Positions 1 to 11,378 of a stretch of DNA of 64,000 nt are shown here, one piece after another (the stretch's first letter is position 1; each line of letters opens with the position of its first letter). The notes below the pieces were generated by a model. The model was not told where the DNA came from, made no database searches, and saw only the letters and a list, made by a program, of their open reading frames with translations. This DNA is from Antechinus flavipes (Eukaryota), in contig NC_067404.1 of assembly GCF_016432865.1 (NCBI RefSeq), positions 36,952,001-37,016,000 of the forward strand. Reading direction: 5' to 3'. The translations under genes and the position numbers were made by a program.

Positions 1-709
1 CTGGAGACTGTAGTCTTCTCGCTATAGCTTCAATAGCCACATGGGTTGGAATACTTTAGGAGAAAGTGGTAAGGTAGTGAATAAAGACAGAAAGGTCACT
101 TCTCTTTAATGCTAGTCCTCTTGCTCATGCTCTGTATGTGAAGTTGGCAGAAATGAATGTCCAAATGAGAAGGATGAGAAGTGGGATAACATAGAGGTCT
201 CAGAGCTTGAGAGACAGGCCAGTCAGTGTGTTGATTTGGGCCTACTCCCCATAGTCTTGGTATAATCCGGGGGGGGCCTCACCTCTCTCAAATACCCTTT
301 CCATTCCCTAAAGTCCTACCTTCTGCAATTTTTGGAGTCACAAATCTAGAGTTCAACATGACCTCAGAGGTCATCTAGTCAATGGGGAAACTGATTTAGG
401 CTTTGAACCTAGATTTTTTTTTTTTTTACAACTTTTACAGTGATGCCTCTTAAGTGTAAGAGTATATATAAAATATTCCTTGTGGTCCTTTTCAAAAAAT
501 GGATAAGTTTCTGTTTTCTTCCCTGACTGGAGAAATTAGATATCAAAAGAATCCTAGAACATGGAAGTTGGAGTTCAGTTGTAGTATGGGAAAGGAAAGT
601 GAAAAGAGGCTTAGAAGACAAAAAAAGAAAAAGAAAAGAAAAGACAAAAAAAGAAAAGGTAGCTTAGAAGACCAAATTTGCATTGGGAGCTGCATGCTTA
701 AGTATACAG

Positions 710-747
710 TTTTTCTTCTGTTCTCTCCCTCTCTCTCTGTCTCCCTC

Positions 748-808
<61 letters not shown>

Positions 809-833
809 CTATATTTCTCTCTCTCTTTCTCTT
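710..833. repeat. (CT)n microsatellite with degenerate flanks
   Basis: Pure TC run at ~752-802 within a pyrimidine tract. It explains the low-complexity ORFs 499..933, 543..902 and 683..895. Confidence 0.95.
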
Positions 834-1902
834 TACCTCACACGTTCCTGTCTTGGGCACCCTTATTAGGTCTTTTTCACTACTTCCACCAATAAAAGAC
901 ACCAGATCTGAGACTCTTTATGGATCTTCCTGACCTAAGTACTGCTTAGGATAACATTCTGCTTTGTATGGTTGCCATCCAACTTTGAACATTGCCTCTT
1001 TAGAGCCCACGATTATATTTGCTCTGTGGTCTTTGGGGGAGGGATGCTTGACCACAATGCAGTCATATCTCATGATACTAAAGCCCGTGGGACCAAGTAG
1101 AATCAAAATGGCAAAGAGAAAATGGGTTGGGAGTCCACAGTGAAATGCTGGCAATGGAACCATTGAGAACTATATGACTTCAAGTAAAATAGACACCAAC
1201 AGTGCTATTAATTAATTTAAGGTTGGATTTGATTGTGAAGGGGAGTTTGCATCTCCATCACCACTGGGAAGAGAGCCATTTTTAATGGAATGTGATGGCA
1301 TCCTGCCTCAGTCCCAGTGCCTAACTGCTAAACTGAGTGAGATAAAATGGAAATGAATAAATCAGAATTGGAGAGCCCTGCAATCTGCTCTTATTTCAAT
1401 TGTAGAAAGTGGTCGAAATTGGGTTGCCATGTATTTGAAAGGTCAGATTCAATTAAGAACAGAAAAAAAGGGTTAACATACTTGCTGATTGCTTGGCAAA
1501 TTCCTAATCCTCACCTTATTTCTTACCCCCTCCCCACATTTTTACCAAAGTCTCACACACTGAGCTTGGAGGAGCTACCCATTCCTGTGAGGTCTCAGTA
1601 TCAATGAAATATTGTAGTATCCTTGCCTCCTGCTTTACTGAAAAACTGAATTCATTAAGCTTGAAGTAGATGATCCTCTCTTTTTCAAAGGGTCTCTCAT
1701 CCTTTCCTTCTGTCTCAGAGAATGGTCTCCCTCTATCTTTGTAGGCTAAGACTTATCTTTTCTCTCATACTTTAGAACCTTACTTCTCAATTATTCTCTC
1801 TTTTTCTAGAATTAGAATCTTCAAACTCAGACTATTCCCTGCCTAATCCATTGGTTTCCCCTATCTCAAAAAAACTTTTTTTTTGATGGCACTACTCTCT
1901 AG

Positions 1903-2110
1903 ATCAATCAATAAACATTTGTTAAGCTTTTATTACATTTCAGGAACTATGCTAAGGGCTGAGGAAACAAAAAGAAGCAAAAGACAGTCTGTCCTCAATG
2001 AGCTTATACTCTAATGGGGAATATAACATGCAAACAAATACAATACAGAGACAGTTAACAGAAGGAAAGCGCTATAATTAAGAATGATGGGGATATGTGT
2101 CCTCTACAAG
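1903..2110 (-). mobile_element. L2 LINE 3' end fragment
   Basis: caatcaataaacatttgttaagc...ctcaatgagcttatactctaatgggg resembles the reverse-complement L2 3' terminus. Confidence 0.65.
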
Positions 2111-2212
2111 ATGGAATTTTAGTTAGAACTCTAGTTAGAATCCCATTATTCTTTCCAGGCTTATTTACCTTTCATTTCAATGTGATTTTTGAATTTAAGA
2201 AAAACATTTCTT

Positions 2213-2351
2213 TTTTTTTATTATAGCTTTTTATTTACAAGATGGGTATGGGTAATTTTTCAGCTTTGACAATTGCAAAACCTTTTGTTCCAATTTTTCC
2301 CCTCCTTCCCCCCACCCCCTCCCCAAGATGGCAGGTTGACCAATACATAAC
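2213..2351 (-). mobile_element. 5'-truncated marsupial L1 3' end with target-site duplication
   Basis: Poly-T tail followed by ttatagctttttatttacaag...ccaagatggcaggttgaccaatacat. Perfect 12-bp TSD aaaacatttctt at 2201-2212 and 2352-2363. Confidence 0.85.
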
Positions 2352-2459
2352 AAAACATTTCTTAAAGCATATGTCCAGGACAGAAATAGGATAAGTGCAA
2401 ATGTATAAACATTGACCTTGAAATCCAAGAGTTAGGCTCAAGTTTTGCCTCTGACACAG

Positions 2460-2670
2460 AGGCAACTTAGTGGTACAATAGGAGAGTTCTGGAGCTGGAG
2501 TCACGAAGAGCTGGGTTTAAAAACCTGCTTCAGATACTATCACTTAACCTCTGTCTGCCTTAGTTTTCTCAGCTCTAAAATGGAGGTAATAACAGTACTT
2601 GCCTCCCAAGGTCATTGTGAGGATCAGATATTTTAAAACTGCTATGTAAAGATTAGCTATTATTATTGCT
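2460..2670 (+). mobile_element. MIR-family CORE-SINE
   Basis: tRNA-like head (ctggagtcacgaagagctgggttt) and CORE segment (ccttagttttctcagctctaaaatggaggtaataacagtac...gtgaggatc). Confidence 0.75.
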
Positions 2671-2689
2671 ACTACACACTATTGCTATG

Positions 2690-2930
2690 CTGGAGCAGCT
2701 AGACGGCTCCCTAGAGTAAGCGCTGGACCTGGAGCCAGGAAGATCTGAGTTCAAATATGTCCTTACATATTTATTAACTAGGCAAGTTATTTGCCTATTT
2801 GCCTCAGTTCCTCATCTGTAAAATGGAGACAATGGAGAGGAACTAACATAGCACTCCAGAATCTTTGCCAAGAAAATCCCATGGACAAAGTCTTTGGGGT
2901 CATAATCAGATACAATTTAACAACAATTAT
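2690..2930 (+). mobile_element. Mar1 SINE (CORE-SINE with BovB/RTE-like tail)
   Basis: CORE followed by gcactccagaatctttgccaagaaaatcccatggac, the characteristic Mar1 tail. Confidence 0.75.
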
Positions 2931-3540
2931 CTGTGTGACCTAAGGCAAGTTATTTAATCTCTGCTGGCATCAATTTCATCAGGAGTAAAATTGGGAGCCA
3001 CCTACTTTACAGGGTCATTGTGAGGATAAAATGAGATAATATGGGTAAAGTGGTTTTCGTGGTATAGAGTGGTATGTAGTAGATGCTTAATTAATCCTTT
3101 CTTCTTTAATGTAAGGCCATGGGCCTTTTGGTGCCCCAGTAACCTAAGACTATAAGGTCTTGATAGGTACCATCGACACAGAAGAGAAATTCACTGCATT
3201 GATAAAATCACTGGTTTGGGCTCTCCCAAGCCTGTATTTTCTAGTCTTATTTCACCTGTTTCCTTACCTTATCCCTAGCCAGCTCCTAATCTCTTCTGCT
3301 AAACCAGTTACCGAAAGTCTTCTATATGTATCAGGTGTATTCTTGCTTCTCAGTGTTTGCATACACTGTTTGCAAAGCATAGTATTCCCTCACCCACTTC
3401 ATAGGCTAGAAATGCAAGGTAGTCACTTAGGACCATATGGGTAATCCAGCCACATGGGGTGAACACTACTTGTGGACTAAATAACAAGCATGGCGAAGAG
3501 GACTGCTGGTAGCACATACTTAGATCTTTCTTTCATGAAT

Positions 3541-3700
3541 TTCTTTTTTTCTTTTTCTTGTGAGGTAATTTGGGTTAAGTGACTTGTCCAGAGTCACACA
3601 ACTAGTAAGCGTGTCAAGTATTTGAGGTCGCTTTGAACTCAGATCCTCCTGATTCCAGACCTGGTGCTATATCCACTTCAGTGCCACCTTAACTGTCCCC
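3541..3700 (-). mobile_element. WSINE1-type SINE
   Basis: T-rich tail, then gaggtaatttgggttaagtgacttg...tttgaactcagatcctcctg...gtgccaccttaactgtcccc, the reverse complement of the WSINE1 consensus. Confidence 0.8.
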
Positions 3701-5689
3701 TTCTTCTGAGATTCATACATTTCCATGTGTCTACTAGATATCCCACTATTCTTTCAAACCCCCAAATTGATTCTTCCCCCTGATTTTTTTATTTTCTATG
3801 GCACTGTCATCCTCCTCTTTGACTGGTCTCTTTCCTCTGTGCCATATGAGAGGCCTAACAATCATGTAAGATGCCAGGGGAAAGCAGTGTGAAAGATATC
3901 CTTGAATTAACTTTTAAAGATAAGATCTGGGTGAACGGGAAAAGGGAGTGATCTGGAAGGGAGATCTTGGACTTTAGCAAATAAGGAGGAAGAGTCCCCA
4001 AGATATGAACCCCATCATATGGAGACTCCAGATCACTGGGAAGCTTCCTCTGGTGAAGCTGCCACACAGGAAAGAGGGTGCAGCTCGGAACCAATCTACA
4101 GAAGAGGAGAATTAGGTGGTTGTTACTCCATGGAAGTGAAGAGAAAGTCTCTCAGCTTTCTATTTTAACCAAGTTAGATTATTTTAACCAGCTAGATGCT
4201 AAGATCAATTGTTTCCACCTGCTAGATGAACTAGATTAAGTGTGGTCACTGCCCTCTATGTTCTAGCTGCCCCCAAAAGCCTCATCATCCTACTCTAGTT
4301 ATGATGCTACTCAGCCAAGTAGTTTTGAGGCCCTATTGGTTCCTCCTTTGAAAATTTTCTCCTATCTTTCAAATCCTTATTTCTCCTACTACCCACCATC
4401 ATTCTAGCCAGGTTGGTTTACTTAACTGTCTCCCTAGGACATCCTCACTTCCAACTTGACTTTTGCCATATTCCTTTACTTTTTGGTTTGCCTGTCCAAA
4501 TCCATCTACTACTTTTGTGAAACCTTCCTTAACTACTCTACATTCTAAAGAATTCTTTCTTCTGACCCTATCGGAACATAGCGTCTTCAGTGTTTGCCAG
4601 GCATTTAACACAGGATGCCTCATGTTGTCAGTAGAGTTTTGGGATGTCTTTGACTCTCCAGGAGACGTAAGCTCTTTGAGGATAAGAAACTGATGCTTCT
4701 TTGCCTTCCAAAAAGTGACTGCTATAAGGTCACGTCCCAAATGGGCTGGTCATGACATTTTTAACTGATATGCTTTACACTGAAGAGAGTGGCTTGATGC
4801 TGTGGGCAGAAGGTTGGATATGGAGTCATAGAACTTGACCTCAAGTCTTGGCTCTGCTATTTACTATTTGTGTGATCTTTCCCCTCTGAGCTGCCTTTGT
4901 AACTTTGTGAAGGAGGGATTATGTTATGGTAAAATATGTGTTAGGTTTGAAATAAAGGGACCTGAGTTGGAATCCTTTTACCACTTTGGCTAAGTCACAG
5001 AATTTTGCTCACGCCACACACAGGGGGTCTAGGAGATGATAGAGCCTATTCAGCTCTAAAGCTTAATCATCCTATGGTTAGCTGAGCTATGTGCTTGCCA
5101 GATCTTAATCTGGGCCCCGAGACACTATAGTCGATGACCTTTTTAAATCACCTTTACTTTCTCTTCTACTCCCACTTTTTGGCTTCACTTTTCCTTCTTT
5201 CTCTTTTATACTTTAGGCCTTCTGGTGGCACCCACAGGCATTGTTTATATCAGGTGAGAGGCTTCAGGGCTATAAGGAGTTTTTAGTATCATAATTTTCA
5301 GCTCCTTTTAAAGTAAAGCCGTTTATTTGGGCTTTGCTCTAGTCCTTTAGCATCACCCAAAGATAAGATTAATCTGATTTGTTTCTAGTGGAATTCCTTA
5401 TTGGGTGTGGCTTTTTAAAGGTTTTCTAGTTGCATCGAACTCATTCCTATCTTCTTTTTTTTTTTAATCCTAGGAAGACTTAGGATAATTCAATTAGATG
5501 AAGACCCCATCCAAAACAAGCACTTAGTGTATCACCTACTATTGGTGATGGATGGAATAGATGGAATTATTTAGTTAGGAGTCCTGGCTCTTCAGATTCA
5601 GAACACAATCCAAGGCAGTCTAGAAAGGAAGAATGGGAGGAAATAAAGCATTTCTAGGACCTACTATGTGCCTGCCATTATGCTAAAGC

Positions 5690-5829
5690 TTTTTTTTTTT
5701 CTTCTTCTGAGGCAATTGGGGTAAAGAGACCTTGCCCAGGGTTACACAGCTAGGAAGGTTTAAGTATCTGAGGTGAGATTTGAACTCAGGTCCTCCTGAC
5801 TTAAGGGCTGGTGCTTTATCCACTGTGCC
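5690..5829 (-). mobile_element. WSINE1 SINE inserted into an older MIR-like element
   Basis: Poly-T followed by gaggcaattggggtaaagagaccttgcccaggg...ctttatccactgtgc. MIR-like sequence resumes on both sides. Confidence 0.8.
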
Positions 5830-6349
5830 TTTACAAATATATTTTTGATCTTTGCAACAACCCTAGAAGGTAGGTGCCACCAGTATACTCATTTTACAGT
5901 TGAATAAATTAAGGCAATTAAATGTTTTGCCCAGAGTTATAGTTAGTAAAGGGGAAAGAAATCACAAAAGAAAAATTTGAGAAGAACTAATGGAGAGAAG
6001 ACACATTCAAGGGTTGGGCAGTTGGCCCTTTTTCTTTGTTTCTGGTGGCTTATTGGCTAACTATATATATGTACTACTTCTGGAATTTGTGATGGTGGGT
6101 GGTGGTGGTAGTTTTGATGGTATCAGTTGGAGAACCTTTCTGGAAATAAGAACTACTTCCTGCTAGTCAGCTACCTCCCTATCTAGAAACCTGGTCCCTA
6201 TGGTTGCTGAGACCTTAAGCATTGGTGTGGCTTGGGAGAGCAGTCCGACTGTCACTGGGGGGCTTATGAGTAAGAGGGGGAGGAAGGTAGGAGGGTGCTT
6301 CAGGATGATTTGCCCCAGTAATGGGAAAGCAGAATAAATCCAGGTCAAA

Positions 6350-6675
6350 AGGAGACTGGAGTGATGGAGAATGGATCACAACATAGTATTTTAACTTTTG
6401 TTGTTGTTGCTGTTTGCTTGCATTATGTTTTCTTTCTCATTTTTTTTTCCTTTTTGATCTTATTTTTCTTGTGCAGCCTGATTATTGTGGAAACATGTAT
6501 AGGAAAATTGCACATGTTTAATATATAATTGATTACTTGCCCTCTAGGAGAAGGGGAGGAGAGAAGGGAGAGAGAAAAAAGTTTGGAACGCAAGGTTTTG
6601 CAAGGGTGATTGTTGAAAACTATCTTTGCATATGTTTTGAAAATAAAAAGCTTTATTTAAAAATAAAAAAAAAAA
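6350..6675 (+). mobile_element. Marsupial L1 3' UTR/3' end
   Basis: atggatcacaacatagtatttt...tttggaacgcaaggttttgcaagggtgattgttgaaaactatctttgcatatgttttgaaaataaaaag followed by an A tail. Confidence 0.85.
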
Positions 6676-8630
6676 CCTGGAGGTTCACTCCTCTGTCCTT
6701 CCTTCCCTGCCCCCTCCAAGCTTTAGCTTTACTGTATACCCAACTTGGTAATAAGGCCAAAAGACTGCTTACTCTGTGTTCCTGCCTGCAGGAGACTAGG
6801 GACTTCTGCTGTAGTCAGCTGATACCTTGAAGAGCTGGTGTTATGTTTGGACCATGAGGTTTGGAGTTTTATTTGGAGGAAGGTGCTTTTTACACGTTTG
6901 TTTCTAGAGTTGGCAGAATCAGAATGGTGGCTTAATGGTTTGCATGTCATAGTCACCAACAACAGCTTCCTACAACACCTGGGATTTCTTTGGAAAGTGC
7001 TAAAAGTCTTTCTTTATCTTCATAAAAACCACACATGGAAAGCTGGATAAGAAGGGCGGTATGAGGCTAGATTTGAATATGCAAGTTTGCCTCTTGGGCA
7101 GAGTACATTTGGATTTGTATCTGATTTTTTTTTTTTTTTAACATTCATGTGAGTTCCTCTGGACCCCAAATCCTAGGTTCTGGAATTAAACTAAATTGGG
7201 ATACTTTCTTTATCTTGATGGTGGTTGGACTACAGGTGTGTAATGAAGCATATAAACTTAAATTAAGCGTTGTTTGTTTTTGCTTAATTGTACTTCTTGG
7301 TGACTGTATGTTCAACTGAAGTCAAACTAGATGTTTTCTAGAGGGAGAGAGAGCAGTACTTACTGGGGTGGAGTTGGGGGGAAGGTAGGCAGCCAAAACT
7401 GCTATAGAAGGCACTTAATCTATGCTTTGTAGGAAGTCCAGGATTCCTAGAGCCTGAGGGACAAGAGAATATTTTCAGAAGAGGAGGAAGGAGGTCTGCC
7501 CGGCCTAAGACAAGAAGGAATGTGCTACAGGGAGAACACGAAAAAGGTATTTATAAAGATGATCTCATTCTAATGTCTGAATAGTTTTGTTTACTATTAT
7601 GATATAACATATTGTCAGAATTCTAGAAATGTGCTTGAAATGAATGGGGGGGGATATACTAAACCACAGTAATTAATTCTTTGAATTACAGCAAATAGGT
7701 ATGAACACTTAAAGTACCACTTTAGAAAGGATCTAAGAAGTGGCAAAGGCCCAGAGTTTAGCCTCATTTTGTTTGTAAAACCTAATGGTCCACCTTGACA
7801 GAAAATCTTTCTAAAATAAGAGTCAGGAAATGGGTGGGTGACATATAAAGGAAGGCCCAGAAAAATGAGTGGGTTGCAGATGGGGAATTTTGCACATCTC
7901 TTTGCAAGGATACTTTGAACTGCTCTGAGAAAAAAGCTGAGCATCTCACAAATCTCCAGGCCCCCTTAAGGAAGAAGGCATCTAGCTGGGGAAGAGGTAC
8001 TTGGTCCACTGGGCCACTCAGCCTGGGGCAGAAGAGAGAAAGGGCCCCCAGATTAAGGCCACAGCCTCTCCCTGGCCCTGGGCTGGCCCTAGCAGTGGAT
8101 GCCCCTGAGGCTGGGGCTTGGAGGTAGGGAGCCACCGGGGAAACTCACTTTCTTACCTACATTCTTTCTTGGCGGGTCCTTGGGAAAGCCCCGAGGTTTG
8201 GTGGCATTCCGAGGGAAATTGGGGTACCACCTGGGCTTGGATTTGAACTCAGAACACTGCTGTGAGCCCTCCAAGTGGGGTGACACGGAGGGTTTACTCT
8301 TCTGACAGCACACGGAAGCTGGGTGCTCACTTTGGACTTCTCAGAGAAAGTTTGACGCGGTCCATTTTTTGCCAGGCTGAGGGGACGTGGGGGTGGGGCA
8401 AAGGGGGCTTTGGGACGTCCTCCAAATTGGAGGTAAAGGTTCCGTGGGTCGCGGTTTTTTCCTAATTCCCAGGTCGGGGGTCTTGCCAGTTCCGTCCTTC
8501 CCAGCGCCTGCCCTCACCGCCCCGGCCTGCTCGGCCTGGTAGGCTGGTGGACAGGCAGGCAGACAGGCGGGCGGCTGGGGGAGCTCCCAGCCCGCGTGTC
8601 AACAGCTCTGAGGGGCAGAGCAGGCTTCTT

Positions 8631-8651
8631 GAACTACAGTTCCCAGACTGC
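8631..8651 (+). promoter_or_regulatory. ZNF143/THAP11-type ACTACAnnTCCCAG motif
   Basis: gaACTACAgtTCCCAGactgc closely matches the well-known promoter motif ACTACAnnTCCCAGnnnGC. Confidence 0.7.
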
Positions 8652-8785
8652 TTTGAGCCTAGGGCGGGCTGGGGGGGGAGCGGGAGGGAGAGGGAAATCC
8701 CGCCCCACAGCGCAACAGCAGCGACACAAAAGCCCTACTTTACAACCTCCTAGAGAAAGTGGAAGTAAGAGAGCTTAGGTGGGGT

Positions 8786-8900
8786 GGGAGGAAGGAAGGA
8801 GAGAAGGAAGGAGGGAAGGAAGGAGGGAAGGAAGGAGGGAGGGAGGGAAAGAAAGGTAGGTGGGCGGGGAAGGGAGAAGAGGGGAGGGAAGAGGAGGGGA
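8786..8900. repeat. (GGAA/GGAG)n polypurine tract
   Basis: gggaggaaggaaggagagaaggaaggagggaagg... is almost purine-only on the + strand. Confidence 0.9.
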
Positions 8901-9552
8901 GGGCTCGAGGGAGAGCCCCAGTTGCTTTTTAGGAGTGAGGAGGTGGCTTTTTTAAACTACCCCCACCTCTACCCCCACGCCCCCTTCCCCAATTCCTTCT
9001 ACTAGACGTGCAGCCCTGGGATTGGAGTGGGCACCAACTAGCCCACTGCCACCGCACAAGCCGGCAGAGTATTGGGGTCAGGGGCTGGGGCTTCCCGATA
9101 CCTACCCCCTGGCCCGGGAGTGCGGGACTGGGGGGGGGGAGAGGGCAGTTGTCTGGGAGGAATTGCGGGGAGCCCAGCCCCCTCAGTAGGTAGACTCAAG
9201 GTGGGAGTCTAGACGATAGGAGAGGGGGAGAGTAATAACTGCTCGTAAGTCCAAGAGCCTAGGAGCTGAGCTGGGTACCCGGGTATAAGGCTCTCGCCGT
9301 GTCCCAATTGGGGCAGTCTATCCTGGGTTGTAAAGGCCAGAGAGAAAGGAACCTGAAGCACCGGGTTGCGTAGGGCTGTGCGGGGCAATGCCCGATAGGG
9401 GCTGGCGGTGTTAAACCAGATCAGACTATACCTTTCGTTGTCTCCCCCTCCCCGTCTCCCCCTCCCCCCCGGCCTTCACCTCCCACCCCTCCCGCAGGAG
9501 GAGCCTAGCGCTTGGGCATCTCTCCCTCTCTGCTCCTCTGGGGACTGCGGGA

Positions 9553-9633
9553 TCTGCCCGGGGTGGGTGTCTGTGTGTCTGTGTGTCTGTGTGCGCGCGC
9601 GTGTGCGTTCGCCTGTGTGAGTGTGTGTCTGTG
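9553..9633. repeat. Alternating purine-pyrimidine (GT/GC) tract in the promoter
   Basis: gtgtctgtgtgtctgtgtgtctgtgtgcgcgcgcgtgtgcg...gtgtgtgtctgtgtg. Confidence 0.85.
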
Positions 9634-9849
9634 TGGAGGGAGTGAAGATAAGGGAAAAGAGGCGGGCAGACGGGTGCCGCCCCCAGGGAGGTGCGGGCCT
9701 GGGGGGTGGGGTGGGAGGAAAAAGAAGGCAGCCGGACTGCCAAGGAGCCGAAGGGGCAGTGCGGCGGTGGTGGCCGCAGGGTGCAGCGTGGCAACGCTGA
9801 CAGTGGGTGCTTAGGGTAGAAGAAGCTAGGGTGTGAGGGAAGGAAGGAA

Positions 9850-10066
9850 GGAAGGAGCGAGGGAGGGAGAGGAGCAAGGCATTTGCCCGGCCCCGGGCTC
9901 TGCTGTCGTTCGCCGGTGCCCGCCGCAGTGTGCTGGGCGCGCGGCGCCTCCCGACTCGCCCGCCAGCCCAGGCTGCGCCCGCCAGCCTGCCTGCCCGCCG
10001 CCCAGCTCGCCAGCCCTGTCGTTCGCCCTGGCTGCGGCTGCCCGCCACCGCCTGCCCTTCTTCGAG
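9850..10066 (+). other. ATP11C: Probable 5' UTR portion of exon 1 (start approximate)
   Basis: GC-rich sequence with no ATG, directly upstream of the ATG at 10067. The TSS cannot be located from sequence alone. Confidence 0.5.
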
Positions 10067-10093
10067 ATGTTCCGCTGGAGCATCGGCCGCTTT
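10067..10093 (+). CDS. ATP11C: First coding exon (9 codons, MFRWSIGRF) of P4-ATPase phospholipid flippase ATP11C (partial gene)
   Basis: ATG in a CpG island and a consensus donor TTT|GTAAGT at 10094, phase 0. 6/9 residues are identical to the recalled human ATP11C N-terminus MFRRSLNRF, with the same 27-nt coding length. The orthology is from memory and needs BLAST confirmation. Confidence 0.75.
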
Positions 10094-11378
10094 GTAAGTA
10101 CAGCCGCTTTCGGAGCGCCCGCCTCGAGGGTGCGTGCGTTTGTTCCGCTTCCCATTTTCTTCCGCCTCAGCCGGCCAGCCGGCCAGCCGGCGCTTGATTC
10201 CGGCTTGTCAGACGGGCTTTGCAAACCCCTGGCCGCCGCCGGGCGCTCACTCTCTCCGGCCCCTCCCCTTCTTTCCCCACTATGCATCCTTGCCTCCGGA
10301 GACACGCCGGCGCCCAGACCAACTCGGGGCGGCCACGGAGTGAGCGGGAACCTGGCTCCCCATGGCGCCCCGCCGGGGTCCGGCTGCGCTCTGGGCGCCG
10401 GGCAGCCCGCTGGGAGGCTGGCTGCGGGGAGCCGAGGCGAGCCGTGTGCCTTCCGCAGTCCTGGCCCTTTCACCCCAGCCCCAGGCTGGCCCCAGCCGAA
10501 TATGGCGTTGGAATAGCGGGCAAAGCCGCCTTTTGTTTCCCTTGCCTGGAGCACATGGAGGCAGTAACCTCGAGCCGCAAACCCAAGCGCAGCGGGAACC
10601 TTTGGGGGAGACTGGGGCGGGGAGAGAAAAAGAGAAAGCCGGTGAGACAGACAGTGTGGCTGGGGCTAGGGGCAGCCGCCCTCAGGCCACCCCCCCCCCC
10701 CTTTGCTGTGCGGCACAGCACACGGGAGCTTGGTTTGGCCCAGTCTGTGGGGCTGCCTTTAGGCTCTGCTAGTCGGGTCAGGGTGCTGGTGGGCACGGGG
10801 GCCACCATGAAGCCCCCAGAGGGTGCACACGCACTGTGTCTGCCAAGTGCCAGGGAACCAGGGCTGCCTTAGCTCGGACTGTACTATGTTTTCTGAAGGA
10901 GGAAGCCAGACAGGCTGCATCCAGACCTCTTCTTCTCCCCCCCCACCCCCATTTGACACTTCCCCTCCCTCCCCAGCCGCCACACACATGCACACACACG
11001 ATGTCACACGCACACCACACCGTATCACACACATCCACATATGGAGACACACTGTCACACGCATGCTATCACACATCACACCATACCACACTCACACACA
11101 TACACACGCACAGTCCCCGGAGTCTAAGGATTCCGCTTCCGCAGCGTGTCTGGGCTGGGGGAAGACAGATAACTGACTTTTTCCGAGTAACCTGTTTACT
11201 CCTTCAGGATGCTTAGAGAGAGCAAAAATACATATAAAAATTACATTCAAATTTTTAAAAAAGGAGGGGGGAATGTTCGATTACTCCTGCTGTCTGCTAT
11301 TTGCAACAACTTCCATGAATTGCAGAGAAGTGGTGGGACTAGGAGTCCCCTTTCAAATTGGGATTCTTTTTCCCCCCT

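Larger units (their letters stand above)
8340..10900. promoter_or_regulatory. CpG island promoter of the putative ATP11C orthologue
   Basis: Sharp rise in GC and CpG density (densest ~9550-10500) against a CpG-depleted background. Contains GC boxes and the first coding exon. Confidence 0.9.

Noticed and set aside
499-933. ORFs of 70-144 aa with SL/RE repeats
   Set aside because: They are translations of A-rich and (CT)n simple repeats, with no coding signal.
9408-11216. Many overlapping long ORFs on both strands (up to 242 aa)
   Set aside because: Expected from stop-codon scarcity in a GC-rich CpG island and CA-rich tract. They are Pro/Ala/Gly/Arg-rich with no recognisable domain. Only the 9 codons before the GTAAGT donor are credible.
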